A stretch of 64,000 bases of DNA from the NCBI GenBank assembly GCA_964016885.1, contig OZ024742.1, positions 30,938,001 through 31,002,000 on the forward strand, read 5' to 3'. This DNA comes from Eledone cirrhosa (lineage: Eukaryota). The notes under the pieces are model-generated. The model did not search any database. It saw only the letters and a program-made list of their open reading frames with translations, and had not been told where the DNA came from. Below, one piece after another: positions 28,927 through 42,342 of the stretch; positions within the stretch are counted from its first letter, which is position 1; each line of letters opens with the position of its first letter. A program made the position numbers and the translations under genes.

Positions 28927-29175
<249 letters not shown>

Positions 29176-29593
29176 TTATATAAGCCACATTATATATCAT
29201 ATTTATGTTAATAAACTATGTAATAGTTAATAAACTAGATATTACAACCAGTAGGTAGAATCAGCAGTAGAAAGACTAATGGAAACATCATTTCCTTGGT
29301 CTGATTTAATGAGTCCCACCCCACTTGTTGATTGATTGATAAATAATGTATAGATCATCATCATCATCATTATACGTTAATGTCTATTTTCCATGTTCCT
29401 GCATGGGTTAGATGGGTTTTCACCATATGAGGCTTGCCAGGTCAGATGACAATGCCATCCTCATATGGATCTATTCTTGGCTTGATTTCTATCGATGGAT
29501 GACGTTCTTAATAGCAACCACTTTACAGCATTTTCTGGGAGCTTTTTTTATGGCACCACCACTACAATTTTTTTTATTGTGGTATCAGTACGA

Positions 29594-29637
<44 letters not shown>

Positions 29638-29735
29638 ACGTGAATGGACCTGTTATTTTTCTGTAAATTTTTTTTTTGCATTTCCATCCTGTCCGTCTCT
29701 TTAATCTTTCTATTTCTTATTTAATTTCTCATTCT

Positions 29736-29800
29736 ATCTTCTGATGAAGGACTAGCGTCCGAAACGTTAAACTCTTTTCCAACTATATCAAGTGTAAAAT
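29736..29800 (+). ncRNA. Hammerhead core in a dispersed repeat (second copy at 36151-36220)
   Basis: CTGATGA-a-GGAC-tagc-GTCC-GAAAC here and CTGATGA-a-GGAC-taat-GTCC-GAAAC in the second copy. Stem II conserved with a variable loop; stems I and III are weak. Confidence 0.6.
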
Positions 29801-30220
29801 TAATGATATATTTATTCATTGTACTGTGTCATTTGCTTTGTTATTTCTGTTTGCCTTTTGCATTCATGGTATGGTATGGACCTGTAACTTGTGAGGAATT
29901 GTATGGGCACCATATTGACATACAGTGTTTCTAGGACATTTTTTAAAAACCTGGTGGAGCCCATCTCTTTGTCAGGCCTGAATACAGTAGATTTCTTGCA
30001 GAGAAGGATAGAGAGAGTGAGAGAAAGGAAGTGAGCAAGAGATATAGAAGACGAATCAACACCGGTATTTGACTGGTACTTTTTTTTTTATCGACCATTG
30101 ATGGATGAAAGGCAAAGTTGACCTCGACGAGATTTGGACTCAGAGAGCAGAGAGCCAAAATGAATACCACAAAGCATTCTATCTGACATTCTAACGACTC
30201 TGCCAATTCGTCACCTATTT

Positions 30221-30272
<52 letters not shown>

Positions 30273-30938
30273 GAAGGAATTGTGGTAAGGAACGAGATGG
30301 ACCATAACGCACCAGAGTACTCAATACTTAAGGTAGTAGAGTGGGTAATAGGAAAAAGTATGACCTCGACGGCAGAGCTCAAGCCGTTTCGACAGCTATG
30401 TCTAGAAATAGCTGTCGAAACGGCTTGAGCTCTGCCGTCAGGGTCATACTTTTTCCTATATATATTATCATCATCATCATCATTGTTTAACGTCCATCTT
30501 CCACGCTTGCATGGGTTTGGATGGGAATTTTCCCACTTGAGGCAAGATTGGTCGTCTTGCTCATATAGGACTGTCTGGCAGGTTTTCTAAGGCTGGATGC
30601 CCTTCCTAACACCAACCTCGTTTACAGTGTGGACTGGGAGGTTTTTACCGTGTTACCTACACGGCCACATTACAGCGTGGACTGTGTGTTTTTTTTTTTT
30701 TGTCGTGACACCTACACGACCTCATTTGTTTCGGACTGGATGTTGTGGTACCAACATAACTTTACATTGAAAGGGGTGGTGTGGATGGGGTGGGGGTAGT
30801 GGGACAGGGGTGTATTTTTGTTAGAGGTGCCTACTGACTGTAGGTTTCGCTTTGTACTTAGGCAAGGCGGGTCTTCTGTATTACTGTGTAGCGCCAAAGA
30901 TCTCGGTCCAGTGACATTGTCTTGGAGATATATATATA

Positions 30939-31274
30939 TAAATCAAGAAAGAAGAGTGACATGGTTTGCTATACAATAAGGGCTTTATTCACATTGCTGA
31001 CAATTGTTTCTCTGAACTGGTAGGTCTAGAGATCGCTACCCGCCTGTTTTTGCGTCAATCGATCACCAACACTTTGTTATAACCAGTCAATTCATCAGAG
31101 CATTCTCGCATGCTCTGATGAATAGACTGATTATAACAAAGTATTGGTGATTGATTGACGCAAAAACAGGCGGGTAGCGATCTCTAGACCTACCAGTTCA
31201 GAGAAACAATTGTCAGCAATGTGAATAAAGCCCTTATTGTATAGCAAACCGTGTAACTCTTCTTTCTTGATTTA
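30939..31274. repeat. Fold-back palindrome (~164-bp arms, 8-nt spacer) with a hammerhead in each arm, in an LZIC intron
   Basis: Arms 30939-31102 and 31111-31274. Plus copy: tgct-CTGATGA(31115)...GAAAC-AATT-GTC-agca(31218). Minus copy at 30995-31102. Confidence 0.9.
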
Positions 31275-31599
31275 TTATTACTCCAAGTGTAAACTACATA
31301 GAAATCACCGCGTACTTGCAGCATCACTATGGAAACGTCTTGTTGAGTCAAACTTAGCCAAGCGTTAATACTATCCACTACTCGGAGTACTCTAACTGGA
31401 CTACATCTAAGTGGACTACCTATAACAATAATTTGTTATCCCGTATATATATAACACTGGGGTGTAGTGTCTATCCTATCCTTCCCCACTCTTCCATTCC
31501 TTAATTCTTTTCTTTTTCTTCCTTTTATTTTCCTTTTTTTTGTAATAGTGTGTTTTGTTGTGGTATAAATACTCTAAGAACACAACAGGAACTACTTAC

Positions 31600-31735
31600 C
31601 AACTGCATACCATTTAAGTCATCAACCAGACTTAAATTTCCTTGCAACATTTTGTCAAGAGAATGTTTAAATTCTTTTAATTGATCCAAAGTCTCTTCTT
31701 TGACTTCTTCATATTCTCCAGGTTCCAAATCGTCT
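31600..31735 (-). CDS. LZIC: LZIC coding exon 2 (DDLEPGEYEEVKEETLDQLKEFKHSLDKMLQGNLSLVDDLNGMQL)
   Basis: Acceptor tacag, donor GTAAGT, 136 nt, restores frame after exon 1. Matches the LZIC segment EYEETKKETLEQL...GNMTLVDELSGMQL. Confidence 0.95.
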
Positions 31736-31809
31736 CTGTAAAAGATTTCAATAGAAACTCATTATTGGTAAATGTATTGATTATTGCCTTTTATGGATAT
31801 TTGTTTTAT

Positions 31810-32228
31810 GGTAGTAGCAGTAGTAATAGTAATTGAGTAGTGAGGTAGTGGTAGAGCTGGGGGTAGTGGTAGAATTAGCAGTGGCAAAGTAATAGTAGTA
31901 GTGGTAGTCATATTAATAGCAGTAGTAGCTGTGGTGGTGGTAACAGTAGTAGTGGTAGACAATAGTAGGAATGGTGGTGGTGGTAGTAGTGGTGGTGGTG
32001 GTGGTGATAGTAGTAGAGGTAGTGGTAGAAGTAATAGTAGTAGCAGTGGTAGTGGTAGTAGTAGTAGTGGTGGTAGTAGTAATAGTAGTAGTAGTGGTAG
32101 TAGAGGTAGTGGTAGAAGTAGTGTTATTAATAGTAGTAGTAACTGTGGTGGTGCTGGTAGTAATAATAGTAGTAATAGTGGTGATGGTATCAGTGGTAGA
32201 AGTAGTAGTGGTGGTGGTAGTAGTAGCA
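31810..32228 (+). repeat. (GTA/GTG)n trinucleotide tract (similar at 40570-41102 and 44205-44512)
   Basis: Directly visible. Confidence 0.9.
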
Positions 32229-33001
32229 GACTTGACAGAAGAAGTGTAAAACCAGAAGATAAAGAAAGAAAAGATGACAAAAGATAAAAGACGAGAAATG
32301 AAAGAAGAGAAGAGAAAAGATAAAACAATGAGAGACAGACAGACAAAAGACTTTAGAGTAGAGTTGACTTAGGAATTATTGAGTGGTACCTAATAAATAC
32401 AAGACACTATTAAAGGGAAGAAAAAAGGAAATGAAAAGAAGAAAAATAAAAAAGATCAAGCAATGAAAGAAAGGGAGAGGGTGAGGGACAGACACTGCAC
32501 CCCCAGTCTGCGCCCTACCTCAGCCGCACCCCGCAGACAAAATAGCAAAAGTGTTATTGCAGAGAATGGCCAGAGACACCCGCTACAACAGCCACTCCAC
32601 CTTACAGAGCTCCCTCCTCAAGCAGGCTGCTGTCTTTCTGATTTTACAGAGGAAATCAGCAGTGTGGATGCCAAGGACACCAGAGGTCTTGATGGAGACT
32701 GGTACAAACATGAAGTGGTCGGTCAGACCCTTATTTAACTATCTTCCTCTCCTCTGTAGTAATGTGGGGACCCAAGAAACCAGAAGTCTTGATGGAAATC
32801 GCTACAAAGAGGAAGCAGTTGGTCAGATCCTGGTATTCTTGATAAACGGGCTGCTGTCTTTCTGATTTTAGGGAGGATTCAGTAATACAGGGACCAAAGC
32901 CACCAGAAGTCCCTTTTGTTTTTATTAGATACTGCTCAATTATTTCTATGTAATTATATCCTAGAAATAAACGTCTATATAACTACAGTACAGTTGACTT
33001 A

Positions 33002-33115
<114 letters not shown>

Positions 33116-33149
33116 TCAAGTCACCTGAAAACAAAGACAGCTTCATTAA

Positions 33150-33336
33150 CCCTTTAGCATTTAAACCGGCTGTATCAGGCCATAATTCCTTCATCTCTTT
33201 CTCTTCAAACCGGCCGTAACTGACTGCTCATACTGTTAAGGTATTGTTCACAAAATAGATAACATCAAAATCTTGTAGATTCAATATTACCACAAAAATA
33301 CAATAGTAAATATAGAGTAATGTAAATGCTAAAGGG
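33150..33336 (+). mobile_element. piggyBac-type MITE, 187 bp
   Basis: TTAA TSD at 33146-33149 and 33337-33340; TIR CCCTTTAGCATTTA / TAAATGCTAAAGGG. Confidence 0.9.
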
Positions 33337-33751
33337 TTAATTAATGAACACCATGTGGGGAAACTTTGCATAAAAACTACTAAAACTGGAGATACAATAT
33401 ATTGTAAAAAAAATCTAACAACTATAAACAAAATCTTTGAGTACTTGGAGGTTACAAAAATATTAACAGAACCTTCTAGCTGCTTTACAGCTTTCCTTGC
33501 TTCCCATTTTTTTCATTTTTCGTTTGTTTTAAATGCTTATTTTGCCTCCCGTTGGTTTTCCCTATTTTAATTTAATAAAGATGTTTTTTTTTAATTCACT
33601 TATTTCTGTCTATCTTGTTTTTTTTTTGTTTCTCATTGTAAGAAGTACTAGATACCTCCTCTAGCCTGTCATGGCTTGCTAGCTCTATACCGATGTTTAA
33701 ATTGATTAAATAAATAATTGAATATAAAAGTATCTCCCCAGTATCATAATG

Positions 33752-35110
33752 AGGTAGTGTTGGTGTCACAATAAAATACACCCAGTCCACACTGTATACA
33801 GGTAGTGTTGGTGTCACAATAAAATACACCCAGTCCACACTGTATACAGGTAGTGTTGGTGTCACAATAAAATACACCCAGTCCACTGTATACAGGTAGT
33901 GTTGGTGTCACAATAAAATACACCCAGTCCACACTGTATACAGGTAGTGTTGGTGTCACAATAAAATACACCTAGTCCACATTGTATACAGGTAGTGTTA
34001 GTGTCACAATAAAATACACCCAGTCCACACTGTATACAGGTAGTGTTGGTGTCACAATAAAATACACCCAGTCCACACTGTATACAGGTAGTGTTGGTGT
34101 CACAATAAAATACACCCAGTCCACACTGTATACAGGTAGTGTTGGTGTCACAATAAAATACACCTAGTCCACATTGTATACAGGTAGTGTTAGTGTCACA
34201 ATAAAATACACCCAGTCCACACTGTATACAGGTAGTGTTGGTGTCGCAATAAAATACACCCAGTCCACTGTATACAGGTAGTGTTAGTGTCACAATAAAA
34301 TACACCCAGTCCACACTGTATACAGGTAGTGTTAGTGTCACAATAAAATACACCCAGTCCACTGTATACAGGTAGTGTTGGTGTCACAATAAAATACACC
34401 CAGTCCACACTGTATACAGGTAGTGTTGGTGTCGCAATAAAATACACCCAGTCCACATTGTATACAGGTATTGTTGGTGTCACAATAAAATACACCCAGT
34501 CCACACTGTATACGGGTAGTGTTAGTGTCACAATAAAATACACCCAGTCCACACTGTATACAGGTAGTGTTGATGTCATAATAAAATACACCCAGTCCAC
34601 ACTGTATACAGTTAGTGTTGGTGTCACAATAAAATACACCCAGTCCACACTGTATACAGGTAGTGTTGATGTCAATAAAATACACCCAGTCCACACTAAA
34701 GTGGTAGTGTTGGTGCCACCATAAAATACACCCAGTCCACTCTGTACACAGGTAGTGTTGGTGCTGCAATAAAATGTACCCAGTATAACCTGTCAGATGG
34801 TAGTACTGGTGCCACAATAAAATATACCCAGTCCAAACTGTAAAGAGGCAGTGCTGGTGTCACAAAATATACTCAGTCCACACTATACAGAGGTAATGTT
34901 AATGTCAATAAAATGTACTCAGTTCACCCTGTAAGGTGGTAGTGTTGGTACTACAAAAAAATGTATCCAGTACAACCTGTCAGATGGTAGTACTGGCGCA
35001 ATGATAAAATGTATCCAGTACAACCTGTCAGATGGTAGTACTGGCGCAATGATAAAATGTATCCAGTACAACCTGTCAGATGGTAGTACTGGTGCAATGA
35101 TAAAATGCTT
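33752..35110 (+). repeat. 48-bp minisatellite (~20 regular copies, then decaying) amplified within an RTE 3'UTR
   Basis: Unit gtagtgttggtgtcacaataaaatacacccagtccacactgtatacag, followed by an RTE tail and (GAT)n at ~35130-35285. Confidence 0.92.
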
Positions 35111-36249
35111 CTGGTACATGTCGTGATGTGGTTGACATTAAGGAGGGCATCCAATACAAATCCTACTTAAAATGGAACATGTGAGCCAGATGTGGTCACT
35201 TGAACGGTTTAGTCTCAGAATATGTCAACAAATCTAACACATACATGCATAGAAACTAGATGTTAAACGGCGATGATGATGATGATCTAGGAAGTCTTGT
35301 TTCATCGTTTAAGAAATTTGTATCGAAGGGAGATAATTCTTATAAATAATTTTTTCTTTTCTTTTTTAAGAATTATATTTATTCATTAAAAAAAAAAATA
35401 TATATTTTAAAGAGTTATTTCCCATCAGATTTTAATTATTATTTTTCTCTCTAATAATTACAGGTAAATATATTTGTAGAACATTGCTTTACACCTATAA
35501 TTCTAACGAGAAACAATAATGTGCTGATAATCTTCAGCATTGTTTTCCAAAGTGGGTTCCAGGGCAAGATTCTGGAGTTCTATAAGATGTTTTAATAAAA
35601 TTTAATTACATATATATACATACATATATAAATGAGAAAACTCATCGTTAGAACAGCCATTAAAACAGCTAAATGCTGCCAAAGACAGAGACCAGCAGCC
35701 AGCGGTCAACAGAGAAACAATCCACAAGGTGGGTGATGGGCTGAAGAAAATATTGACAGAGGAAGAGGACAAGGAGAAATGTGTTGGTGTGCAGAAGTGA
35801 CTGGAAGAGGAAATAAAGAAAGGTGATGTACAAGACAAGTTTACACACACACATCTTCACCCTCACCCCACCTTGTGTATTGTCTCTCTGTTGACCACTG
35901 GCCGCTGGTCTTTGTCCTCTGAGGCATTTTTGCCCATCGCTATCTTTGACGGCTGTTCTAGCAATGAGTTTTCTCATTTTTATATCTATTCAAATACACT
36001 TTTGCTTCGTCTTGATCAAAGACAACATTGTCTTTTCATATATATATATACATGTATCTCTAAAAGGGCAAACTGAACATACACTTGTTTTTCCCCCCCA
36101 TTCCTTTCTCTTCTCACTATCTTTCTATTTAATCTTTTATTCCTCATTCTGTCTTCTGATGAAGGACTAATGTCCGAAACGTTAGAACTATTTTCCTACT
36201 ATATCAAGCGTTAAATTAATATATTTCTTAAAAACAAACACACATTTAT

Positions 36250-36376
<127 letters not shown>

Positions 36377-36397
36377 CATTTATATACATATATATCA

Positions 36398-37317
36398 TGG
36401 GTGCTCTGAAAGTACAGTAGCTAGAGTCAGAACTGGTTGGAAAAAGTTCAGAGAGCTTATACCACTATTAGCTGCTAAAGGGTTCTCCCTAAAAATGAAA
36501 GGTAGGTTGTACGATGCCTGCATACGAACAGCAATGTTGCATGGCAGTGAGACCTGGGCATTGTGTGCAGAGGATATACGCAGACTAGAGAGGAACGAAG
36601 CTTTCATGCTCCGCTCGATGTGTAACAGTAATATACGTGAACGGCAAAGCATAAACGAACTAAGGAAAAAATTAGAGATAAGAGGGATCAGATGTTGTTT
36701 ACTCGAGAGAAGGCTACGTTGGTATGGACACGTGATGCGCATGAAAGTCGATAGCTGTATAACAAAGTGCAGGGCAATAAAGATAGACGGTAGCCACGGA
36801 ATAGGCAGACCTAGAAAAACCTGGGACGAGCTGATAAACTCCGACCTCACACACTTACACCTCTCCAAGACAATGTCACTGGACCGAGACCTTTGGCGGT
36901 ACTCAGTAACAGAGAAGACCCGCCTTACCTAAATATATAGTAAAACCTACTCCAGCCAGTAGGCATCTCTAACAAAATACACCCCGTCCCACCACCACCC
37001 CATCCACACCACCCCGTTCTATGTAAAGTTATGTTGGTGCCGCGCCATCCAGGCCGAAACAAATGAGATCGTGTAGGTGTCACGACAAAAAAACACACAG
37101 TCCACGCTGTAATGTGGCCCCGTGTAGGCAACACGGTAAAAACCTCCCAGACCCACACTGTAAATGTGGTTGGTGTTAGGAAGGGCATCCAACTGTGGAA
37201 AACCTGCCAGACAGTCCTATGCGAGCAAGACAATCACTCTTACCTCAAGTGGGACTACCCCCGTCCAAACCCATGCAAGCGTGGAACACGGACGTTAAAC
37301 GTTGATGATGATGATGA
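36398..37317 (+). mobile_element. RTE LINE 3' fragment
   Basis: [24 protein letters not shown]...WYGHVMRMK; (GAT)n tail. Confidence 0.92.
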
Positions 37318-37319
37318 TA

Positions 37320-37605
37320 TCATCTTGGTTAAGAGAGTGGGACTGGCTTTGTGCAGTGCCTTTGCTCACTATAAAAGCTTCACGGCACAGGCATTGCTTT
37401 ATATCTGGAGATCTCTCTGCACTTGTCACATGGTACCATGGGCCCAGCACTATGTGTCAATAATTGTCACAAGTGTAGTGTTTGTACCAGAGTTTTCAAT
37501 ACGTTGGCTGGACTAAAAAGTCACTCGTTCAGCGCATCGGTAGGAGTTCTCCTTCATGGATATAAAGTAGTGGCCGTACTCGAAAACGAGTTGGCAGCCA
37601 CCATA
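37320..37605 (+). mobile_element. Probable non-LTR retroelement 3' end with a C2H2-like remnant
   Basis: HKCSVCTRVFNTLAGLKSH, a C-terminal zinc-finger-like motif as found in some LINE ORFs. No splice context. Confidence 0.45.
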
Positions 37606-39076
37606 CATATGTATACATTTATATACATACATATTATATATATAGTTATAAACTCAAAATAGTCTTTTACAATTAAATAGCTCAAAGAAGGGAATATTTC
37701 CGAGCCGTGTAATACAATTGAGAGGGATGAACACAGATACAAGTATACATGTGTTCCAATTGCAAATGACCAAGTTAGCTAGGTTGAAAAATACTAATTT
37801 AAAATAGTACATATTTTAAATTAGTATTTTTCAACCTAGCTAACTTGGTCATTTGCAATTGGAACACATGTACACTTGTATCTGTGTTCATCCCTCTCAT
37901 ATATTCATTTATATATACATACATATACATTTATATACATACATATACATTTATATACACATATATATACATTTATATACATACATATATATACATTTAT
38001 ATACATACATATATATACATTTATATACATACATATATATACATTTATATACATACATATATATATTTATATACATACATACATACATATAAGTTCACTC
38101 ACCAAACCAATTTTTGTTTTATTTAATATCTTATTGAAATTAGGCGTGGAGGGTGGTGAAGATTTGCCAATAAAATATAGGGATGGGTTCCAGGATTTTT
38201 TCATAATTACATCAGGGGCCTATGTTTGAGAACCACTGGCATATAGTGAGAGGATGAGGAGAGATATAAGAAAAACAGAGAGAGAGAGAGAGGGAGAGAG
38301 AGTGTGTGTGTGTGTGTGTAATGGATGGTAAGGAATGCAGGGATACGTTTAAGGTAAGTTAAAGCATTCTTTTAAGATTATTCATAAATATTTCTAGAGC
38401 TCCATTGTTCTGAATGGAACATTTTTTCATGCTTAGAGTTGCTGAAGAATGGAACAAACTACCTGCATCAGTTGTTAGCTGTCAAGACACTGCATCCTTC
38501 AAATTCACCAACACTACACCTGATATTCCCCCTCCATACACGCATGTATGTGTGTTTCTGTATGTATATCATGACTCATACACTGTTCACTTTCATGATT
38601 TTTGTACATTATTCTATGTACTATACAAGCACCTTTGATGAGTTGTAGTGCACCTGAGCACTGTACACAATTTATTTCATGACATTTGGAGAGCAGATAT
38701 AAAGTGATGATGATGATCACACACATATTTATGGCACACTCATATAGATAAGGATATGGTATCATCATCATCATTTTACGTCCGCTTTTCCCTGCTTGCA
38801 AGTGTTGGACGGGTCCTATTCAGCACAGCATCTCTCCACTTGTCACGGTCCTTCGTTATCTCCTCCGTGAGTTTCAGTGATCTGAGGTCTGCTCTCACCA
38901 CCTCTGCCCATGTGTATCCTGTTTAGAATAGGTACACTATATACCTGCATGTCCTAAGAAGAGACTAAAAGGGTTTGTGTCAGGATTGGCATCTGGCTGT
39001 AAAACATTGCCTCAACAAGTCCCTTCCAACCCATGCCAGCATGGAAAAGTTGACATAAAAACGATGATGATGATAT

Positions 39077-39217
39077 ATATCACGTTTAATATAGAAATGG
39101 CTTCTACAGGACTAGAACTGTTTCATTCAAAAGAAATCAGGAAAACTTTTCTGATGATTTCTTTTGAATAAAACAGTTTTAGTCCTGTAGAAGCCATTTC
39201 TATATTAAACATGATAT
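39077..39217. repeat. Palindrome with decayed hammerhead (related palindrome at ~49053-49150)
   Basis: Plus arm: CTGATGA-tTTC-tttt-GAAt-aAAACAG...CTGT-A-gaag. The opposite arm keeps GAAACAG but lacks part of CTGATGA. Confidence 0.7.
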
Positions 39218-39710
39218 TTACACTCTACTAATGTATTGAGTACCTTACTTACTGTGGTTACCCCTAATTGAAACCAGGACACACACACACACACACATAA
39301 ACACATTCGGTATACACCGTAAAGTGGTTGGTGATAGGAAGGACATCCAGCTATAGAAAGCTTGCCAAAGAAAGGGTTGGAAAGACCTTTCAGTTGTGTC
39401 TAAGACAAGACAGTCTTTACTGTGCACTCTGTAGAATGTGAAACCATACATAAGTGAGGCACAGACCCCCTGGCCTGTCTGAGCGGTCAATAGCCTTGCT
39501 CCAGTACTATCTTAGTCTATGTAGACCTGTTCAATCCTTGTTAACAGGGAAAGTAGATATCAAACATTGGTGATGATGATGATAATATAAGGCTTCAAGT
39601 TGGTAGAGTTATTAGAGACACAGAATGTCTTGTATTTCTTCCAGTTCTCTACTCTCTGAGTTCAAATCCTGCTGAGGTTAACTTTGTCTTTCATCTTTCT
39701 CACATTATTG

Positions 39711-39912
39711 TATGAAGGTGGGCTGAAAAGTTCACAGGCTAACTATGAAAGAGTGATGCTAGAGCTGAGAAATCTTGGATGCATTGATTTCAACTTTTCA
39801 TATTAATAACTGTATAGTTGCTTTACAGGGACTATGTTGAAAAATAAACCTCATTTGGTCATTCCACGAGAGTATCTTGGTCAGCCTATGAACTTTTCAG
39901 CTAACCCTCGTA
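39711..39912. mobile_element. Mariner-type MITE (second copy 49888-50071)
   Basis: TA-flanked TIRs resembling TACGAGGGTTAGCTGAAAAGTTCATAGGCTGAC; shared internal sequence. Confidence 0.8.
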
Positions 39913-41671
39913 TACATTGTCAGTTAATATTTTTGTGAGTCACAGAGGGAGCCACTCAACAATGGTCACTCAACATGCTTGAAATAACAGTCAAATTTTC
40001 TCTAAAATAGAAAGGACACACTAGATAATGTAGTCCTAGAGACATTGTTTTGGAATAAAAGATGGGATATTTGGCAAGAAAAAGGTGGGTGGGGGAGACC
40101 TGGGGCAAAACAACAACAATAATAAGAACAATAACAACAAGAACAAGAACAACAACACCCTCCTCACATGTTGGATAGCTAGAGTTGATATAGACAAAAA
40201 AAAAAAAATCCATTTTAATTTGAAAATTAAACACGAAAAACATACAAAAAGGAAATTGATTGAAAAACAAAAAGAAGAAAACAAAATAAAATAAAATAAA
40301 ACAAAATAACTTAATTTAAAGAAGTGGAGAACCCCCGCCTCCATTCCTAGAAATAACATTCTTGAAGAAATTCCTCAAGCCTATGGTTGTAAGAATATGA
40401 AGAAGGGAAGTAGAAGGACTTATATTAGATGTTATAAGTAAAAATTTATGTAGAATGTGGTAAATATAAACAAGATTAGGTTTTAATGAAGGCTGTAAAC
40501 CTCATAAGGTTTTTGGATAATGTATAAACAACACCCAACCCTTGCTAACAGGGTAAGATGGGTGTCAAATGGTGGTGGTGGTGGTAGTGATGGTGGTGGT
40601 GGTGGTAGTGATGGTGGTGGTAGTGATGGTGGTGGTAGTGATGGTGTAGTAGTGGTGATGATGGTGGTGGTGGTGTAGTAGTGGTGATAGTGATGGTGGT
40701 GGTGTAGTAGTAGTGGTGATGGTGGTGGTGTAGAAGTGGTGATGGTGGTGGTGGTGGTGGTAGTGATGGTGGTGGTGTAGTAGTAGTAGTGATGGTGGTG
40801 GTGTAGTAGTAGTGGTGATGGTGGTGGTGTAGTAGTAGTGGTGATGGTGGTGGTGTAGTAGTGATGGTGGTGATGATGGTGGTGGTGTAGTAGTGGTGGT
40901 GATGATGATGGTGTAGTAGTGGTGGTGGTAGTGATGGTGGTGATGATGATGATGATGACAATGACGGTTGATGATGCTGATGATGGTGACAACAACGATG
41001 ATGACGAGGTTGATGGTGATGATGATGGTGACGATGAGGTTGGTGGTAGTGATTACGATGATGATGAGGTTGGTGGTAGTGATGATGATGATGGTGATGA
41101 TAATATGTACATACACACAACGTGACTAGCTCTCTCTTGTAATGGCAGTTCATATCTGTTTACAGAAAACTTCCGGAAAACAAAAAGTAAAAAACTAAAA
41201 AAAGAAAAAAAAAAAAAGAAAGAAAAACATAGTATTTTCTGTTTTTCAGATTAAATGTACCCTACCACCCAGGTACAATCTCTCCTTATTTACAGACTGC
41301 ACCCTTAATAACACATGGCTTTGCCTCTTTAAAAAATTCTTTTTTTGTTATTCAAATTAAATTTTTGTTTAAATAATTAAATAAGCCAAACTGAAAACTC
41401 TAACAACTATAAAGACAATAGAGGTTGGGTTTAGAAGTGGAAGGAAGCTGCAGTAGAGGAAGAACAAGGAAGACCTGGGTGGAAGTGGTGAAAGCTGATC
41501 TTAAAATTGCTGAGACTCACAGAGGAGATGACAAAGGAACGCGACACATGAAGAGAGACTGTGCTGAAAAGGACCCATCCAACCCATGTGAGTGTGGAAA
41601 AACGGATGTAAAAACAATGATAATAAATATAATGAAGGAAAAGTAAGTTTGCGATGGAGAATATTTAGATT

Positions 41672-42342
41672 GTTGGGTCTTAAGAAAATGTAGGATGTGT
41701 GTAGGCTGGAATGAGGCAGCCACAGTATACGTGTTGGATCTTAAGAAAATGTAGGATGTGTGTAGGCTGGAATGAGGCAGCCACAGTATACGTGTTGGAT
41801 CTTAAGAAAATGTAGGATGTGTGTAGGCTGGAATGAGGTAGCCACAGTATACGTGTTGGATCTTAAGAAAATGTAGGATGTGTGTAGGCTGGAATGAGGC
41901 AGCCACAGTATACGTGTTGGATCTTAAGAAAATGTAGGATGTGTGTAGGCTGGAATGAGGCAGCCACAGTATACGTGTTGGATCTTAAGAAAATGTAGGA
42001 TGTGTGTAGGCTGGAATCAGGTAGCCACAGTATACGTGTTGGATCTTAAGAAAATGTAGGATGTGTGTAGGCTGGAATGAGGCAGCCACAGTATACGTGT
42101 TGGATCTTAAGAAAATGTAGGATGTGTGTAGGCTGGAATGAGGTAGCCACAGTATACGTGTTGGATCTTAAGAAAATGTAGGATGTGTGTAGGCTGGAAT
42201 GAGGCAGCCACAGTATACGTGTTGGATCTTAAGAAAATGTAGGATGTGTGTAGGCTGGAATGAGGCAGCCACAGTATACGTGTTGGATCTTAAGAAAATG
42301 TAGGATGTGTGTAGGCTGGAATGAGGTAGCCACAGTATACGT
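41672..42342 (+). repeat. 61-bp minisatellite, ~11 near-identical copies
   Basis: Unit gttggatcttaagaaaatgtaggatgtgtgtaggctggaatgagg(c/t)agccacagtatacgt. Confidence 0.97.

Noticed and set aside
33752-34720. CRISPR-like regular arrays (also 41672-42342, 46783-47130, 49165-49560)
   Set aside because: Units are contiguous tandem copies without unique spacers, there are no cas genes, and the context is eukaryotic.
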